In this document: in pieces, positions 28,250 to 41,223 of the stretch
Numbering within the stretch: position 1 is the stretch's first letter
How the letters are laid out: each line of letters starts with the position of its first letter
Assembly: GCA_043228905.1 (NCBI GenBank)
Contig: JBHGNT010000004.1
Coordinates: 23,312,001-23,376,000 of the forward strand
DNA: 64,000 nt
Direction of reading: 5' to 3'
Source: Azolla caroliniana
Taxonomy: Eukaryota > Plantae > Polypodiophyta
The notes under the pieces: generated by a model
What the model was told of the DNA's origin: nothing
What the model saw: only the letters and a program-made list of their open reading frames with translations
The model's database searches: none
Made by a program: the position numbers and the translations under genes

Positions 28250-31200
28250 TTACTCCATCTCTATGTCTTCTCCGTCTTCGTCTTCTTCCAGATCATATAA
28301 CAATGCCCTTCTCTGTCCTGCAAATACACATGCTAGCCCTCTAGATGCTGCAACAGTTGAAATAAACAAACAGCATTAGTTTTTGGTTTATGTGCTAAAA
28401 CCACAAAGCAATATCACACTAGTGTTACAGATAGTATGAGATGCTTTATGTGCTAAAATCACAGAGAAAGATCACATTGGGTTTACTAAGTAGAGAGAAG
28501 GCGAGAAGGAAATAGCTCTTACCACTAACAGCCAATGGAGGAACAGCATCTAAATAAGGAAGAAGACGTGCTCTTCCATCTTTAAGGCTAATGTCAACAA
28601 TAGCACCCTGCAAAAGAAGACAAAAAAAACTACTGAAAAGTCCCAACCTACGGTATTCCCAACCAGAACCACCAAATTTCCACTCACCATAGACAAACAG
28701 GTATTCAAAAGGCTTGCCCTACATAAGGGTGTTTCTGTGAGTTCAATATATGGCAGTTCATCAATTTGTAAGATCATTAACCAAGCTTGTCCAGATGGTA
28801 TGCATTTATCCAGCAGCAGGACAATTTGCTTCTCCTGATCATATATCACAAGTACAATAATTAAGATCCACGATTTCCTAATAACTGCTTTGGCTTGTAT
28901 GCGGTAACTGGTTTTGGAACTGATACCTTGTATAATGCTATGTCAATACAAGAAAGACCAGTTCCCATGCGCAATGCCACAACTTGCCATTTACCAGCAT
29001 TGCTGTATGTGTCTGAGGATCTTGAAGAATTGCATGGATTACCACGGATGACACCAAGTATTCCATTATCACTTTCAGAAGAGTCATTGAGCATTTGGAA
29101 ACAGATATAATTGACTGGATTCCATGTTTTCTCTCCATTTACCAGCTGAGTTGAGGTGAATGTTCCTTTATCCTGGAATAAGTGCCAAAATAAAAGAGTA
29201 AGATAGAATATTCCACATGCATATGTTGCCCATGGATCATGAAAAATGATCCTATTAGGTTTGTGTGCGTCCCATTGAAAATGGTTATAAGGCCCAAGGT
29301 ATAATTAACGATTCCACTAATTTCTTTTCTTTTCTTTTCTTTTCTATTAAAAACAGGTATGTAAATGCCCTCTGACAAGATTCCAATGAAGTACAAATAG
29401 GAAATACAATGGCAGTAGCCAAGAAACACAACTATGTCAATTAGAGATGTGATGCAAAATAAACCACAGGGGTGGTGTAATCTCCAAGCAATGACACCAA
29501 AATCCATATTACAGAGAACTGAGTCAAGTGAAGGTTTAGAAAACTTACAACTTTTATTTTTGTTTCAGTATACATAATTTGAAGGCACCAATGTTTGCAA
29601 TCATGATTGGTCTCATATCCTCTTGTAAACAATAATATTTCTTTTTTTCTCTCAAATTCAATCTATGGCTTTTTTCTAAAACGGACTCATCATTTATTTT
29701 TTAATAGTAAACATGTGTCTGGCCTAGATACCTCATAGTATGATGATGAAACAGGTATGTAGAAGTCTGGTAGAATAGGCTGTTTTAGCTCACAAAGTAG
29801 CAGCATCTCATCACAGAATAACTTTCCTGAAACTACCTCAGATGGCCTGGAGAAAGCTCGTTGACAACTGTGGAAAAGTAAAGTGCAGTAACTGTTATTA
29901 AACTTTTACATTCTGGAATAAATTTTCCTAGCACAGCTTTATACATAAATTTTGGGGCACATCCATGGTAATAATCACCTCTTTTGTAGGAGGGAAATTT
30001 GCTTGTTCAGACTATTCTTAAAAAATGTTGTATCTACAAAGCCACCCATCAAAGCAAGCTCTTCCAGACTTTCTGATTCTTCCCTGAAAACAATCTGGAA
30101 GATAAATTTAACATCCCAAAAAGATTCACATGTTTCATCAACAAAATTTATGCTCAAGACCTCATTGCAGTTGTGAATACTCCAAGTTACCTACATGTCC
30201 ATTTCCAGTGTGACAGAGTCTGGGTCAGGATCCAGGTGTGGACCCAATAGATCTTTCTCAAACTGTGTTTTCAGAAATGTAGCAATAGCTTCACTGCAAA
30301 ATCATTTTAAAACATGAGGCTCAATTTTAAACTAATACTAGAATAAATTTGTTTGGAAAATTATCACATTGCTTCAATTTTCAAATTGTCCATAGAATAA
30401 AACAAAAAACTGAGTAGCTATTTGACTTAAATTTAGAAATTTTAACAATGTTCTGTATGTTCAGAAGCTGGTTTCGTCACGTTTTATATTTTGCAAAGAC
30501 AATCTATCCTCCATTTAAAATTCTAATGAAGCTGGGATCTCATATTCAAGTACCTATTTATTGCAGGAAATTGATCTGTTGAAGAAGATTGCTCATTATT
30601 AAGCTGACGAAGAGACTTCATGAGCCATACAAAGAACATCTGAAACTGTACAATCATAACAAGGATATGAAGTTTTCAGGTATGCTACATAACATGCATA
30701 AAACTTAGCATTTCATCAGCTGAAATCAGACCATTTCAAACATATTGCTGTGTATACCAATCTATTCCAATGATCCAATAGGCTGCAGTAGCAGACTTGT
30801 AGTTATAGTAACTTTCCAACAGCTGAATAGTTATAGCAAATTGAAAGAAAAGTAGAAATGAAACCTCTTCATAAATTAGCGTGAAATACCACATTCCATT
30901 CTAAGGCAGTATCCTATGAGGATTTCCAAGGTAATTAACCTTCTTTATATCATCAATACTAGATACTTCACCATCATCGTTTAGTTGCAATACCTAAAGA
31001 AGAACCTAATATTGCATGATATATTAGAGAACCCGATGTAAATGGACATGGTTGCATGGGGCAGAAATGAAAATAGTTAACAGTTACCATGTTCTCTTGG
31101 CTAATTGTACCAATAACATCAAGCATATTGGATACCTTGGACCCCACCCAATTCAGCTTTAAATCATACACAATTTCAAAACTTCCAAAATCCCTTAAAC

Positions 31201-34200
31201 CATATGTTGCCCTTCAAGTCCACTTTCAATTCTTTGTTAATCAGACAGTAGAAGTATAAATTCTTCACGAAGGATGTATTATATCTACCCATCCTTCCTT
31301 GGCCAGTTGAAGGGGAATTTGACATTAAAGCAAAGCCAATGTCCTCTGAATAAACATAAATTTATTCAGTAAATATCACGGAAACATGTGCTCCTTGAAA
31401 ACCTAAGAGCAATAAATATTCCTCAATGTTTCAAAAATGTCTACTCTTCGATCACCTTCATAATCAGACAGACTTAGAGTCAATTCTCGGTATATTTCTT
31501 CTAATGATGCTTGAATGTATGGAAATAGCATGCTTCACAAAGAGAGCATGGATCATTTCCTCTTTCATCAAATGATAAACTAGAAAAACAGATATGATAC
31601 TTATCAAAAACATATATATTGATCAATTTAGGAAAAAGGACATATTCACACTAGAATGTTCTAGAACCTGAGCAGTTGTGTCGGAGACAATACGTAGGAC
31701 ACGTTCAACTTGTAGAATAACCATACCAGCATCCTCCATTGTTTGATCCAAAAGTTTATCTTCAAGCCCAATGCTTTCTAGTCTTGATCGCCATCTGGAG
31801 ATACCTCTCAGTTCTCCAATCCTGAATGCTAGAATCTCCGCCACTGGCTGTAGAGTCCATAGAAAAAATGTTTCAAAATCTGCAACCATAAGACTGAAGA
31901 AAGAGACATGATTCACTGAGACACATGAACTGGAGAATCTCGAATGCTAGAATCTCTGCCACTGGCTAAAGAGTCCATAGAAAAAAGGTTTCGAAATATT
32001 CCAACATAAAACTGGAGAAAGAGGCATGATTCGTAGAGACACATGAACTGGTGAATCCCGCGGATGCAATCCCCCACTGCATCCCAAAGTGAGAAACAGA
32101 GCATCACTGCAATGATGTCCTCCTCGCCATTTTTCCTTTTTCTAACATTTTCTGCCCTCTCTTCTTGTTGTACATATTAGCTTAAAAGAAGCTTAAAGAA
32201 ACTCATTTTAATGTGATGGGTTCAATTCAAAAACTTGAAGCATTAAATTCATTCTTTTGATAATTTGGATGATTTTTGCCTTGCTTTTGATTTAGTAAGA
32301 GTTGCTTCTTCAAAAAGATTACATTCACAGTTTCCTTTTTTATACATTTTCAATCAAAATATTCTCCCATAGAATTACCTTCAGTATTTTGTGCTCAAAT
32401 TTATCATCTGCTTGAATAAGGTAATCATTGACATGGTGACATCAAAATAAACCAAGTCAAAGTAATAGTTTTTCATGGAGAAAGTACTTGCCTGTAGGTG
32501 CTCTGCAATCACCAGATGAAGCTCTCGCAGGGCACTATCCATAGTTTTGCTCAACCTTTTTAATCCCTAAATGTAATATCACCAGATATGTTTATCACCA
32601 ACAAATAAATAGTGTCTCTTAGGAAAGAAACCATGAATCATACCCCTTCTCCCAAAGATACAGCAAGAAACTGATGTATTCCTGCACTTGCTAAGCCACA
32701 AGAAAGCAAGCTTAGAAACTCTTCTCGTGGATTTCCATGAGAACCTGTTTTGAGAAAGCGCCCAGAAAATATATTATTAATTTCATGGGAAGAGAGGGAG
32801 GGAAGGAGGGGTTGTTTACATGTTCACTACGAAATTGGTTAAAAATGACATAATCCTGAGAATTTTATGATAAAAAGAGTTTACCATGTTCACGTAAAAG
32901 TTGTGAAAGACTTTGCATTTTCTCTGAAAATGAACCAATTGCCTCGGACCACTGCTTTTGCATTACTGTAATTGAAACCTGAAGAACGTCTAAAAGCTCT
33001 TCAATGCTAGACACTTGTAGAGCAACTTGATGAAGTTCCTTACTCCTAAAACATAAGTAAAAAGTGATGTAAAATGCTTGTTCAAATGTATATGGAACTG
33101 AAAATTGTCTTATGATAATTCTACTACAGAATTTTCCAACAAAACTTTGTAAAATGTAAAATGACGGTTACCTGCATCCAATTAGTGCAGTATTTATTTC
33201 CATGCAAAATAATCCTGAAGTTTTCTCCTGACTTACAATCTGTCCTTGTGGGTGGCTTGGAACAAGCTGACCACTACATATCACAGACATTTTCTGCAGA
33301 TCCTCTGAAAGAGAAACCTGGAGATATCATATCATGATAAGATTTCTACATATATACAGAATCAAACTGTGAAAAAACTTAGTGGCGTTACATCACCTTC
33401 AGAGCAAAAGCTTTGAGAAGCCTGTTTGTATGTCCATTGAAATTCTCTTTCTTAATTTCAAAAGGCTTAATGTCCAGTTCACTGAGTTTCTGCCACATTT
33501 TAAGTAAAAGTTATCTTGTATGTGGGAAAGATAACAGGATTAGGCAGATTCTGCTACCTTTTAAGCATATTATTACATACCACTTTTCCGATAAGAAAAA
33601 GCCCAAAAACATTTAAACAGATATTGCCATGTCTATCGCCACTGCAGAGTATGTTGATCATCTGGTGAGAAGACTTGGCAGATGTTTTAGAATCTGCTGC
33701 GGAGTGCTGATCATCAGCTATGCCAATGGAACCAGAGATGTCAAACGCTGGTGCAGTTCCTGGCATTACTGGTGGCTTTGGAGGAGGAGGGAAAAATCGA
33801 GGGGTACGATCCTCATAAAAGAATAAATCATCTATACCACCCTAAAAAATACAAATCTCCTATTAACTAACAAAGAATAATAAAAACGTTTACTAGTGAC
33901 CAGTGAAAATCTCTTCTTTTCAGAAAAATAATGCTGTGTTTGAGGTGAATGTTCACTTTATTTGCACATATCACTAGATTGCTATGGCCTGAGGTAGCAT
34001 TTTTACTTTTAGATGTGTGTGTATGTGAGTCAAGATTCAGTGCATGCAAATGAAAAATGGTACTACAGACATAATCCAAACACCTTAAGAATTTTCTGAT
34101 CTTTACATTTTCTAAAATCAGCAAACGAGGATATTTGTTTTTTTCCATGACAAAGTTATCATTCTTGCAATCCTATTTCAATAATCAAGGAAGGAATCAG

Positions 34201-36645
34201 TTCCCCAAAAGTAATATAATGTTCTAATACCGCCTAGACTTCAATTAGAATACAGAAGAGAACAAAGCACTAGTAGTGCGATAAAGTCCACATCAAACAT
34301 GGGTTGTTACACTTTATATATGAGCAATAAGGATGCAATAAATCTATCTCTATCTCTGCTAGAAAGTCACCCATTTGGTGTAGAAATTGACATGAATATT
34401 TTTTTGTTTGCAAAGCATCCCTATAAACAGTGAGCACCCAGCTGGTGTAGAAATTGACATGAATTGTTTACATGCACTCTTTTTTGTTTGCAAAGCATCT
34501 TTGCTAGAAAGTTCATGGCACTTACACCCATTTGGTGTAGAAATTGACATGAATTGTTACATGCAAAAAAAATTTGTTTATCAGCTCTCTTAGTTAAATA
34601 GAGAACCAAAACAGATAATTCTCTCAAGAAATTTAACATGCTCTATTTGTAAAGCTAAATTCTACATGCTCCACTGTAACTCTGTACTCTGTTTAAAGTT
34701 AAATTTAACATGCTCTCGTGACTCTATTTAAAGTTAATGACTTACTAGTGGACGATAAGTATTGTAACTCTGTTTAAAGGACGACACCACACCTGATGAA
34801 GATGCCTTCCTTCGACCCAATGTAGACACTCTACTGAAGATTCATGTGTCAGAGTCTGGCGGAAAACATTTCCATTCTGCAGAAATACCAACATAATAAT
34901 TATTTACATACTTATATAGCATTATATTGATATGGCTGTGTTGAAAAACCAATTTGATTTATATGCTCTGCAATTAAAAAGATGAATTGGAAAATGCATC
35001 TTCACCTCCACATCATGAAGAGAGATTGTTCCATCCTCATGACCAACAGCCACAGCTTTTCCATCAGGACGCCAACAAAGTGATGTCACTTTCTTTTCTG
35101 CACAAAGGGATCAGGTAAGAGACTAAGACACAGCAATGCTGATTAACAAATCTCAAACTACCATCTCAGAAGGCTTGACGATAGATATGTCACCAAGCTC
35201 TATTGTATCTAGGTACTTTATTGACCTAGAATAGTTTAGCCAACAAGCAACAAAATTTGGAATTGAGTTTAACTGCCACCATAGTTAACCCAATTGGCAA
35301 AAGCATCATCAATCTCCTTCCATAGTCCCCTCAACCTTAAATTACAGTTGTTCCCAACGTCTTACTCTCTTTTGATGAAGGTCACTTATATTCAGCATCT
35401 ATATTTAGCTTTTACTCTCCAGCCGCACATTGTCATCTTTTCTCTTCATTGTTCAGCTCATTGCCAGAACTTTAAAGCTTCAAGATCAAATCCTCTAAGT
35501 TATATGTCCTGGATTTAAATAGTATAATCTGAAAGCTTCTGAATGGTATCTACATAACTATTCCTAGTTTCAGCACTTTTTACAGAACATCCCTGCATTA
35601 CCTTCATACTAGTATCATTGGGGCCTTGTTGTCTACGAAAAGGTGCTCTATTGTCACTTGTTTCTTGATGTCACATTTCTTCATTGCTTCAGGAGCTACA
35701 CAACTTTCAAGACTAAATTGACCATAATAAGCTGCTTTCTTCCATATTACACCAAGCTTTTATTTTTCTATGCGAAAACTCGATATGTCACAAAAACCCA
35801 CAAATGAATGTTAATTTACAGAATATATTATGGACAATATAATGTTAATTTACAAAATATATTATGGACAATATAAAGCTGTCAAGTGAATGTGAATCTT
35901 AATAACATTAAATCTGAGTTTTTTTAACTTGCGATGATATACATGATGGCACACATGCAATATAGATACATTTTCCATCGACATCAATTCTAGTGTATAT
36001 TTAGGGAAAAGACGTGACACCGTGAAAAATATGCACTTGCATTATACTAAACTTGCATTCAAATTTTGTAAAGTAATGACACCAAGTTTTGCAATAAATA
36101 AACAATTAGCTCCAATTTTGGAATATCCATTGAAAAATCATTCTAACACTCTTTTATTAGGAATAATAATGATAATAATGCTCACAAAGTTTAGGTGAGT
36201 TTCTTTTGGGTGAATTCAACAACTGCTAATATGAAAACAGGAGGATATATAGAGGTATTCAAGAAATGTGATGGAAAAAATTTTACCCGGAGAAACCGCC
36301 CACAACCTCTGCCAATTGAATCGATGCATAATGAGCTGTTGATCTTTAGTGACCATAGCCAACAAGTCTTTCTCAGGGTTCCATACGGCTTTCTCAATCT
36401 AGCATTTTGAGTTTCTCCTTTTAGAATGGTATGCACGACCAAAAAGAAAGAGAGGAGAGAGAAATGACAACCCAAAAAAGGGCAAAAGAGAATTAGAGGC
36501 TTACAGGATTTGAGAGAGCTTTGTCGAGATGGAGGGTAAAATTCCTGCGCTCCATCTCTGCCTCTTCCTCTGCTGCTTCTTCTTCCCCCTCCTCCTCGTC
36601 TTGCTCCATATCGCTTGTGTTGTTGTCCTTCTCCATCTCACCCAT
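28250..36645 (-). CDS. APC4: Anaphase-promoting complex subunit 4 (about 19 exons)
   Basis: Spliced translation includes [12 protein letters not shown]|[37 protein letters not shown]|[31 protein letters not shown]|[29 protein letters not shown]|[20 protein letters not shown] and [25 protein letters not shown], all typical of plant APC4. Approximate exons: 36645-36505, 36398-36287, 35097-35006, 34876-34793, 33841-33581, 33489-33397, 33317-33172, 33045-32885, 32744-32644, 32566-32492, 31847-31668, 30645-30554, 30293-30196, 30084-29979, 29867-29732, 29173-28927, 28834-28688, 28607-28523, 28348-28250. Confidence 0.95.
34368..34565. repeat. Three-copy intronic repeat in APC4 intron 4
   Basis: CACCCA(TT/GC)TGGTGTAGAAATTGACATGAAT at about 34368, 34435 and 34525. 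Confidence 0.85.
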
Positions 36646-36814
36646 CAGTAGGAGCAGGGGCAGTAGTTGAGGAGTTAGAACTTAAAGGTGGGAAAAAGAA
36701 CAGAAAACAAAACAAAATGCATGAAGTCTTACTATGTATGAATGCTAATTAAATTATACTCCGTTAAACTCTACTAATTGAATTATATTCTACTAATTTG
36801 ATTATACTCTGCAT

Positions 36815-39086
36815 GTTTTTAGTGCTCCACAGTTGGCTTCTGCATAAATTGACTTATCATCCCAACTGGATAGTTGATGTCGGGTCAGGTGATTGTAAGA
36901 TAGATAAGGCTTTCAATATTTTGTCGGAACCGTGTCTCGTTGCAGGCCGGTCCGCAGTCGGGACTAAGCTTCAAGTTCTGGTCCAAGGGTGTGGACACTC
37001 GTCGACAGGCAGTCGTGCCAAACTTGTACAGCATATTCAACACATAGTGTCGTTGTGAGAGCAATATGTCGTCGGGGGTATGGATCACCTCGATCCCGAT
37101 GAAATAATGAAGGTTCCCCAGGTCCTTCATTTCAAATGCATTCGATAGTTGGGACTTCACTCAACCAATTTCAGCGAGTCCAGGTCCAGTGATGACTAGA
37201 TCATCCACATATAGCAAGATACATACTGAACCTCCCAAAACTTTTTGGATGAACGATGAAGAGTCGGACTTAGAGGGCGCAAACCCCATTTTACGCAACC
37301 GATGCGTGATTTTCGAATTCCAAGCTCAAGGGGGCTTACATCAAGTTGTGGTGAAGATGTCACCCCCTTGTCGCAGCAACCGTCAGCACCACCCGAACCA
37401 TCGTCATCTTCGCAACCGGAGCAAAGGTCTCGTCGTAGTCGATTCCGTGGGTCTGTGCGTATCCTTTGGCCACTAATCGGGCCTTGTACCGATTGGCCGA
37501 ACCGTTGGCATTGTACTTTACCTTGTACTCCCACTTGCAACCAATCAGTTTGCAATGTCGGGGAGGGTCAACCAAGTCCCAAGTGTCGTTGGCATCGAGT
37601 GCCCGCATCTCTTCCTCCATAGTGGCACGCCAATGCGCGTCCTTTGCCGCTTCTGCGTAGCTCTCCGGCTCACGCTCTTCCGCCACTTTCATTGTGTACG
37701 CATAGTGATGAATCATGTACTCATCGTACCATTTTACAAGGTTCTTATGGCAAGTCGATTGGCATAACTTCTCGTTAGCTGATTTACGAGCCCTTTTGGC
37801 TGACTCGGTCTTCGTCTCCGAAGGTCCATCTTCGTTCTTTCCGAAGTCGGATTCGCTCCGATACGACTCATCTTTGTCGATGTCGTATTTCAACATCTTC
37901 TTCTTCCTCGTCTCCTTTCGCGTGAACCGTCTCCTCGGTTCCTTGCGTGGGGAGAGCACAACCGAGTCTCCAATACTCGTCGACTCTTCATCTTGTTGGT
38001 CTTTTCGACTCAGCTCTTCATTCAACCCGCTCAGCTGGAATTAGCAATGGGCACGGTTTGGTTTCGGTTCGGTTCGGTTTCAAGGCAAAGAAATCGAACC
38101 GAACCATTTATATAAAACAAAAAACAAACCAAATTGTTTAGGGAAAAGTTAAAACCAACCCAAACCATTTAATAAAAAGTTTAAACCTAACCATTTAAAT
38201 CAAACTAATTAAACATCTAAATAAACAAAAATACATTAAATTAAATAAGCATTTAAGTTAAATTTATTAAATCAATAAAAAACCATTAATTAAACCATTA
38301 AATTAATAAACTATTAAGGTAAAATAAAAAAAACCAAACCAATAATTTTTTTGGAACCAATAAATCGTTAAACCATGGCTTAATGGTTCGGTTCGGTTTG
38401 AGCCGAAATTGTGCCCATTGTTAGTTGGAATGAGATCAAACTCTCATCTAGAATAGCAAACTTTTCTTCCTCTTCTGCCCCGAATTGTTTTGGGCTCATT
38501 GGCCTCGTCGTCTGGAATAGGGTCGGAGTTGGTAGAGAGTACCAGGATGTCGATTCATCAAATTCAACATCTCGGCTTACTCGGATTGTCTTTGTTCAGG
38601 GGCTATAACATTTATACCCCTTTTGCTCATGTGAGTAGCCGACTAATATGCACTTCTCCGAGTTCAGATCTAGCTTCCTCTTCTCATCCAGTACATGCAC
38701 GTAGGTTATGCTACCGAATACCCTAAGATGTCTTAAATTCGGCTTACGCCCGAAATATAGCTTGTGTGCTGACACCTTCTCCCCGATCCGGTTTTGGATG
38801 TAGACAGTCGTCTGGACCGCTTCGGCCTAGTAGAACTTGGGCATGCTCTTCTCTTTCAGCATTGCTCGTGCCACCTCGACGATTGACCGATTCTTCCTCT
38901 CGACTACGTCGTTCTATTCCGCCGTGTATCGGCAGTTGAATTCCCTCCAAATTCCTTTGTGTTGCAAATGATTGTTGAATTGGCTAGAAAAGTACTCTTT
39001 TCCGCCATTCGACCGCAGACACTTGATCTTCCTCTCTGTTTCCCATTCGACTAAATTCTGTAAGTTCCGGAAATAGTCGGCTATAG
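36815..39086 (-). mobile_element. Ty1/Copia retrotransposon fragment (integrase to RT), degenerate and interrupted by a MITE
   Basis: Motifs [78 protein letters not shown] (about 37200-37215) and FEMKDLGNLHYFIGIEV. Frameshifts and an RT deletion are present. Confidence 0.95.
38042..38423. mobile_element. hAT-type MITE nested in the Copia fragment
   Basis: TIRs TAGCAATGGGCAC / GTGCCCATTGTTA. 8-bp TSD GCTGGAAT (38034-38041) / GTTGGAAT (38424-38431). GGTTC subterminal repeats and an AT-rich core. Removing it restores the Copia reading frame [14 protein letters not shown]. Confidence 0.9.
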
Positions 39087-39668
39087 TGTGAAACCGGGGT
39101 GGAATGGGCAAGTCGGTGGTGTGCAACATGTGCGCATGTATAGTAGGAAATGGTGTATAGAATAAAGGGGAGTATTTATCCCACATTGTAACGCATTCCT
39201 CTCCTTGTTCTATAAAAGGAATGGAGCGCCCTTTGTGAAGGGGTTGCCCATTTTGAGTCACGAGGGTATACCAATTTTGTCAAGGGTCATTATGTTTCCT
39301 AGGGTTAGTAACTTCTTCTTCTTCTCCTTCTTGAGAAGTCGGGCGCTGCAGCCATTGCGGCAAAGCTGTTAGGGCTAACTTCTCTTCTTCTAAGCTCGGC
39401 TCGAAGCCGGGGTTGTATCTTTCCCCTTTGTAATATATACACTTACATCTGTTTGTGCATATTGGTGTTTCTGGTGGTGTCAGGTGTATAGCCCTTTTCG
39501 TTTCCTGTGCATAAGAGTCGGCGTAGTGCGCATACTCTCTCTCTCTCCCATGTTCGGTTGCCTCCGGGTCATGTCCATAGTCGGTTTTCTTGGCATCATC
39601 CCTTTTCTCCCTCGTCCGAGACCCCCATGGTCCCACCCTTCTACACGCATGCGCGTAATAACGCGACA
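39087..39668 (+). mobile_element. Solo-LTR-like segment without a matching TSD
   Basis: TGT...ACA termini coincide exactly with where Copia integrase homology stops on each side. TATAAAAG at 39211. Flanks TATAG and ACGTA differ. Confidence 0.6.
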
Positions 39669-40938
39669 ACGTAACCTTCATCAATGACTACTCCCGCTAT
39701 GCGTGGATCTACCCGATGAAGAAGAAAAGTGAAGTGCTCTCCCACTTCCAAAAGCTCAAGCGTCAAGTCGAAAAAGAAACCAGTCGGCACATTCGATGCC
39801 TACGATCGAATGGAGGAAAGGAGTACTTCTCCGACGAATTCACCTCCTACCTCCAAAGTGAAGGGATTTGGAGAGAATTCTCGTGCTGACACACACCCCA
39901 ACAAAATGGAGTCGCCAAAAGGAAAAATAGGCAAATACTCGAGGTAGCACGCGCCATGATGCATGAGAAGCACATGTCGAACTTCTATTGGGTCGACGCG
40001 GCATCCACGACCGTCTATCTCATGAACCGGTGCACCACTAATGGAGTGCATGAGCTAACTCCATACGAGCTCCTGGTCGGAAGGAAGCCAATCCAGTTGC
40101 ACCTCAAGGTGTTCAGAAGCATTGCGAATGTAAGTATCCCGAATGAACAACGACAGAAGCCCGACACGAAGTCGGAGGAATGTATCCTCATAGGATACTC
40201 ATCCGAGAAGAAGGCATACAAATGCTACAAACCTTCTACCCGAGCAGTTTGGGTAAGTCGAGACGTAGTCTTTGACGAGTCCGCATCCTGGTATGCACCA
40301 AAGACAACTTTGACTCTGACTCCGCTCAACCCAAATCCGCCGAACAAGAGGTAGAAGATGGAGATCGCTTCGAACACACGTTCGAAGAAAGTCCGATTAC
40401 GGCAAAGCCTAGTGGGCCACAAGACCCCCCACGTGACCCAAGCACGTCGCGGCCAAGTCTGAACTTGGACAAAGGCAAAGGTAAGATGCCCGAATACGAA
40501 ATCGACCACTCTGACGACAATGATTCAGATGGATCGGCTCCCTCACTAGACAATGAGTTTGGTGTACCCATCATGCAGACACCCGAAGTAAAGAAGGCGC
40601 TCACATCAACAAGCGAAAAGCTTTGACGCTCTTCTAGAGAGAAGAATCCCGTCACTCGGCTCATCTACAACGAGTATATGTCCCATCACTATGCCTTCGC
40701 AATGAAGGGAGCGGCCGAACAAGAACCCAAGAGCTCCATCGAAGCGGCTCGTAACCCACAATGGGTGGAAGTAGTCGACCTTCACCCACACACTACAAGC
40801 CTTCATCACCGGTTTGAGGGGGAGGACCCGAGATTGCCTCGGAAAGGCCGAAGAAAGCTGAAGGCCGGACAGAAGCACACGAAGCCGACGAAAGCCAAAG
40901 CGGATGTTGGACGCCTCACACTTGAGCTTGAGGGGGCG
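39669..40938 (+). mobile_element. Ty1/Copia fragment: integrase and linker, RT/RNaseH deleted, then PPT
   Basis: Motifs VTFINDYSRYAWIYPMKKKSEV, IRCLRSNGGKEYFSDEF, TPQQNGVAKRKNR, FYWVDAASTTVYLMNR and CILIGYSSEKKAYKCY..VSRDVVFDE. PPT TTGAGGGGGCG is followed by TGTTG at 40939. Confidence 0.93.
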
Positions 40939-41190
40939 TGTTGAGAGATCAAGCTCAACTTAGTTTAGTTAGTTAGTCAACCATGTAACTTCGTAGTTAC
41001 CTAGATAGAATCTAGACTTTAGAAGTGTTGACTATAACACCTTAAATAGGACCTTGTACTTAAGTGGGATATTCTAGAGCCTCCACTCACACATGAGATG
41101 TATATATACCTCATTGTGGGTATTTTTGTATTTGATGATCATCATGCTAGTTTAATATAGTTCCTCATCCCCCATCTTGTGTTGTTCATA
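40939..41190 (+). mobile_element. Start of the 3' LTR of the plus-strand Copia (right end uncertain)
   Basis: TGTTGAG directly follows the PPT. TATATATA at about 41101. Confidence 0.6.
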
Positions 41191-41223
41191 AGTGTATCTC
41201 TCTCTTCTTCTTTTTATCGTAAT

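Noticed and set aside
34368-34565. Three ~30-bp repeats with variable gaps resembling a CRISPR array
   Set aside because: They sit in a eukaryotic intron, the gaps are related to each other (TTTTTTGTTTGCAAAGCATC), and there are no cas genes.
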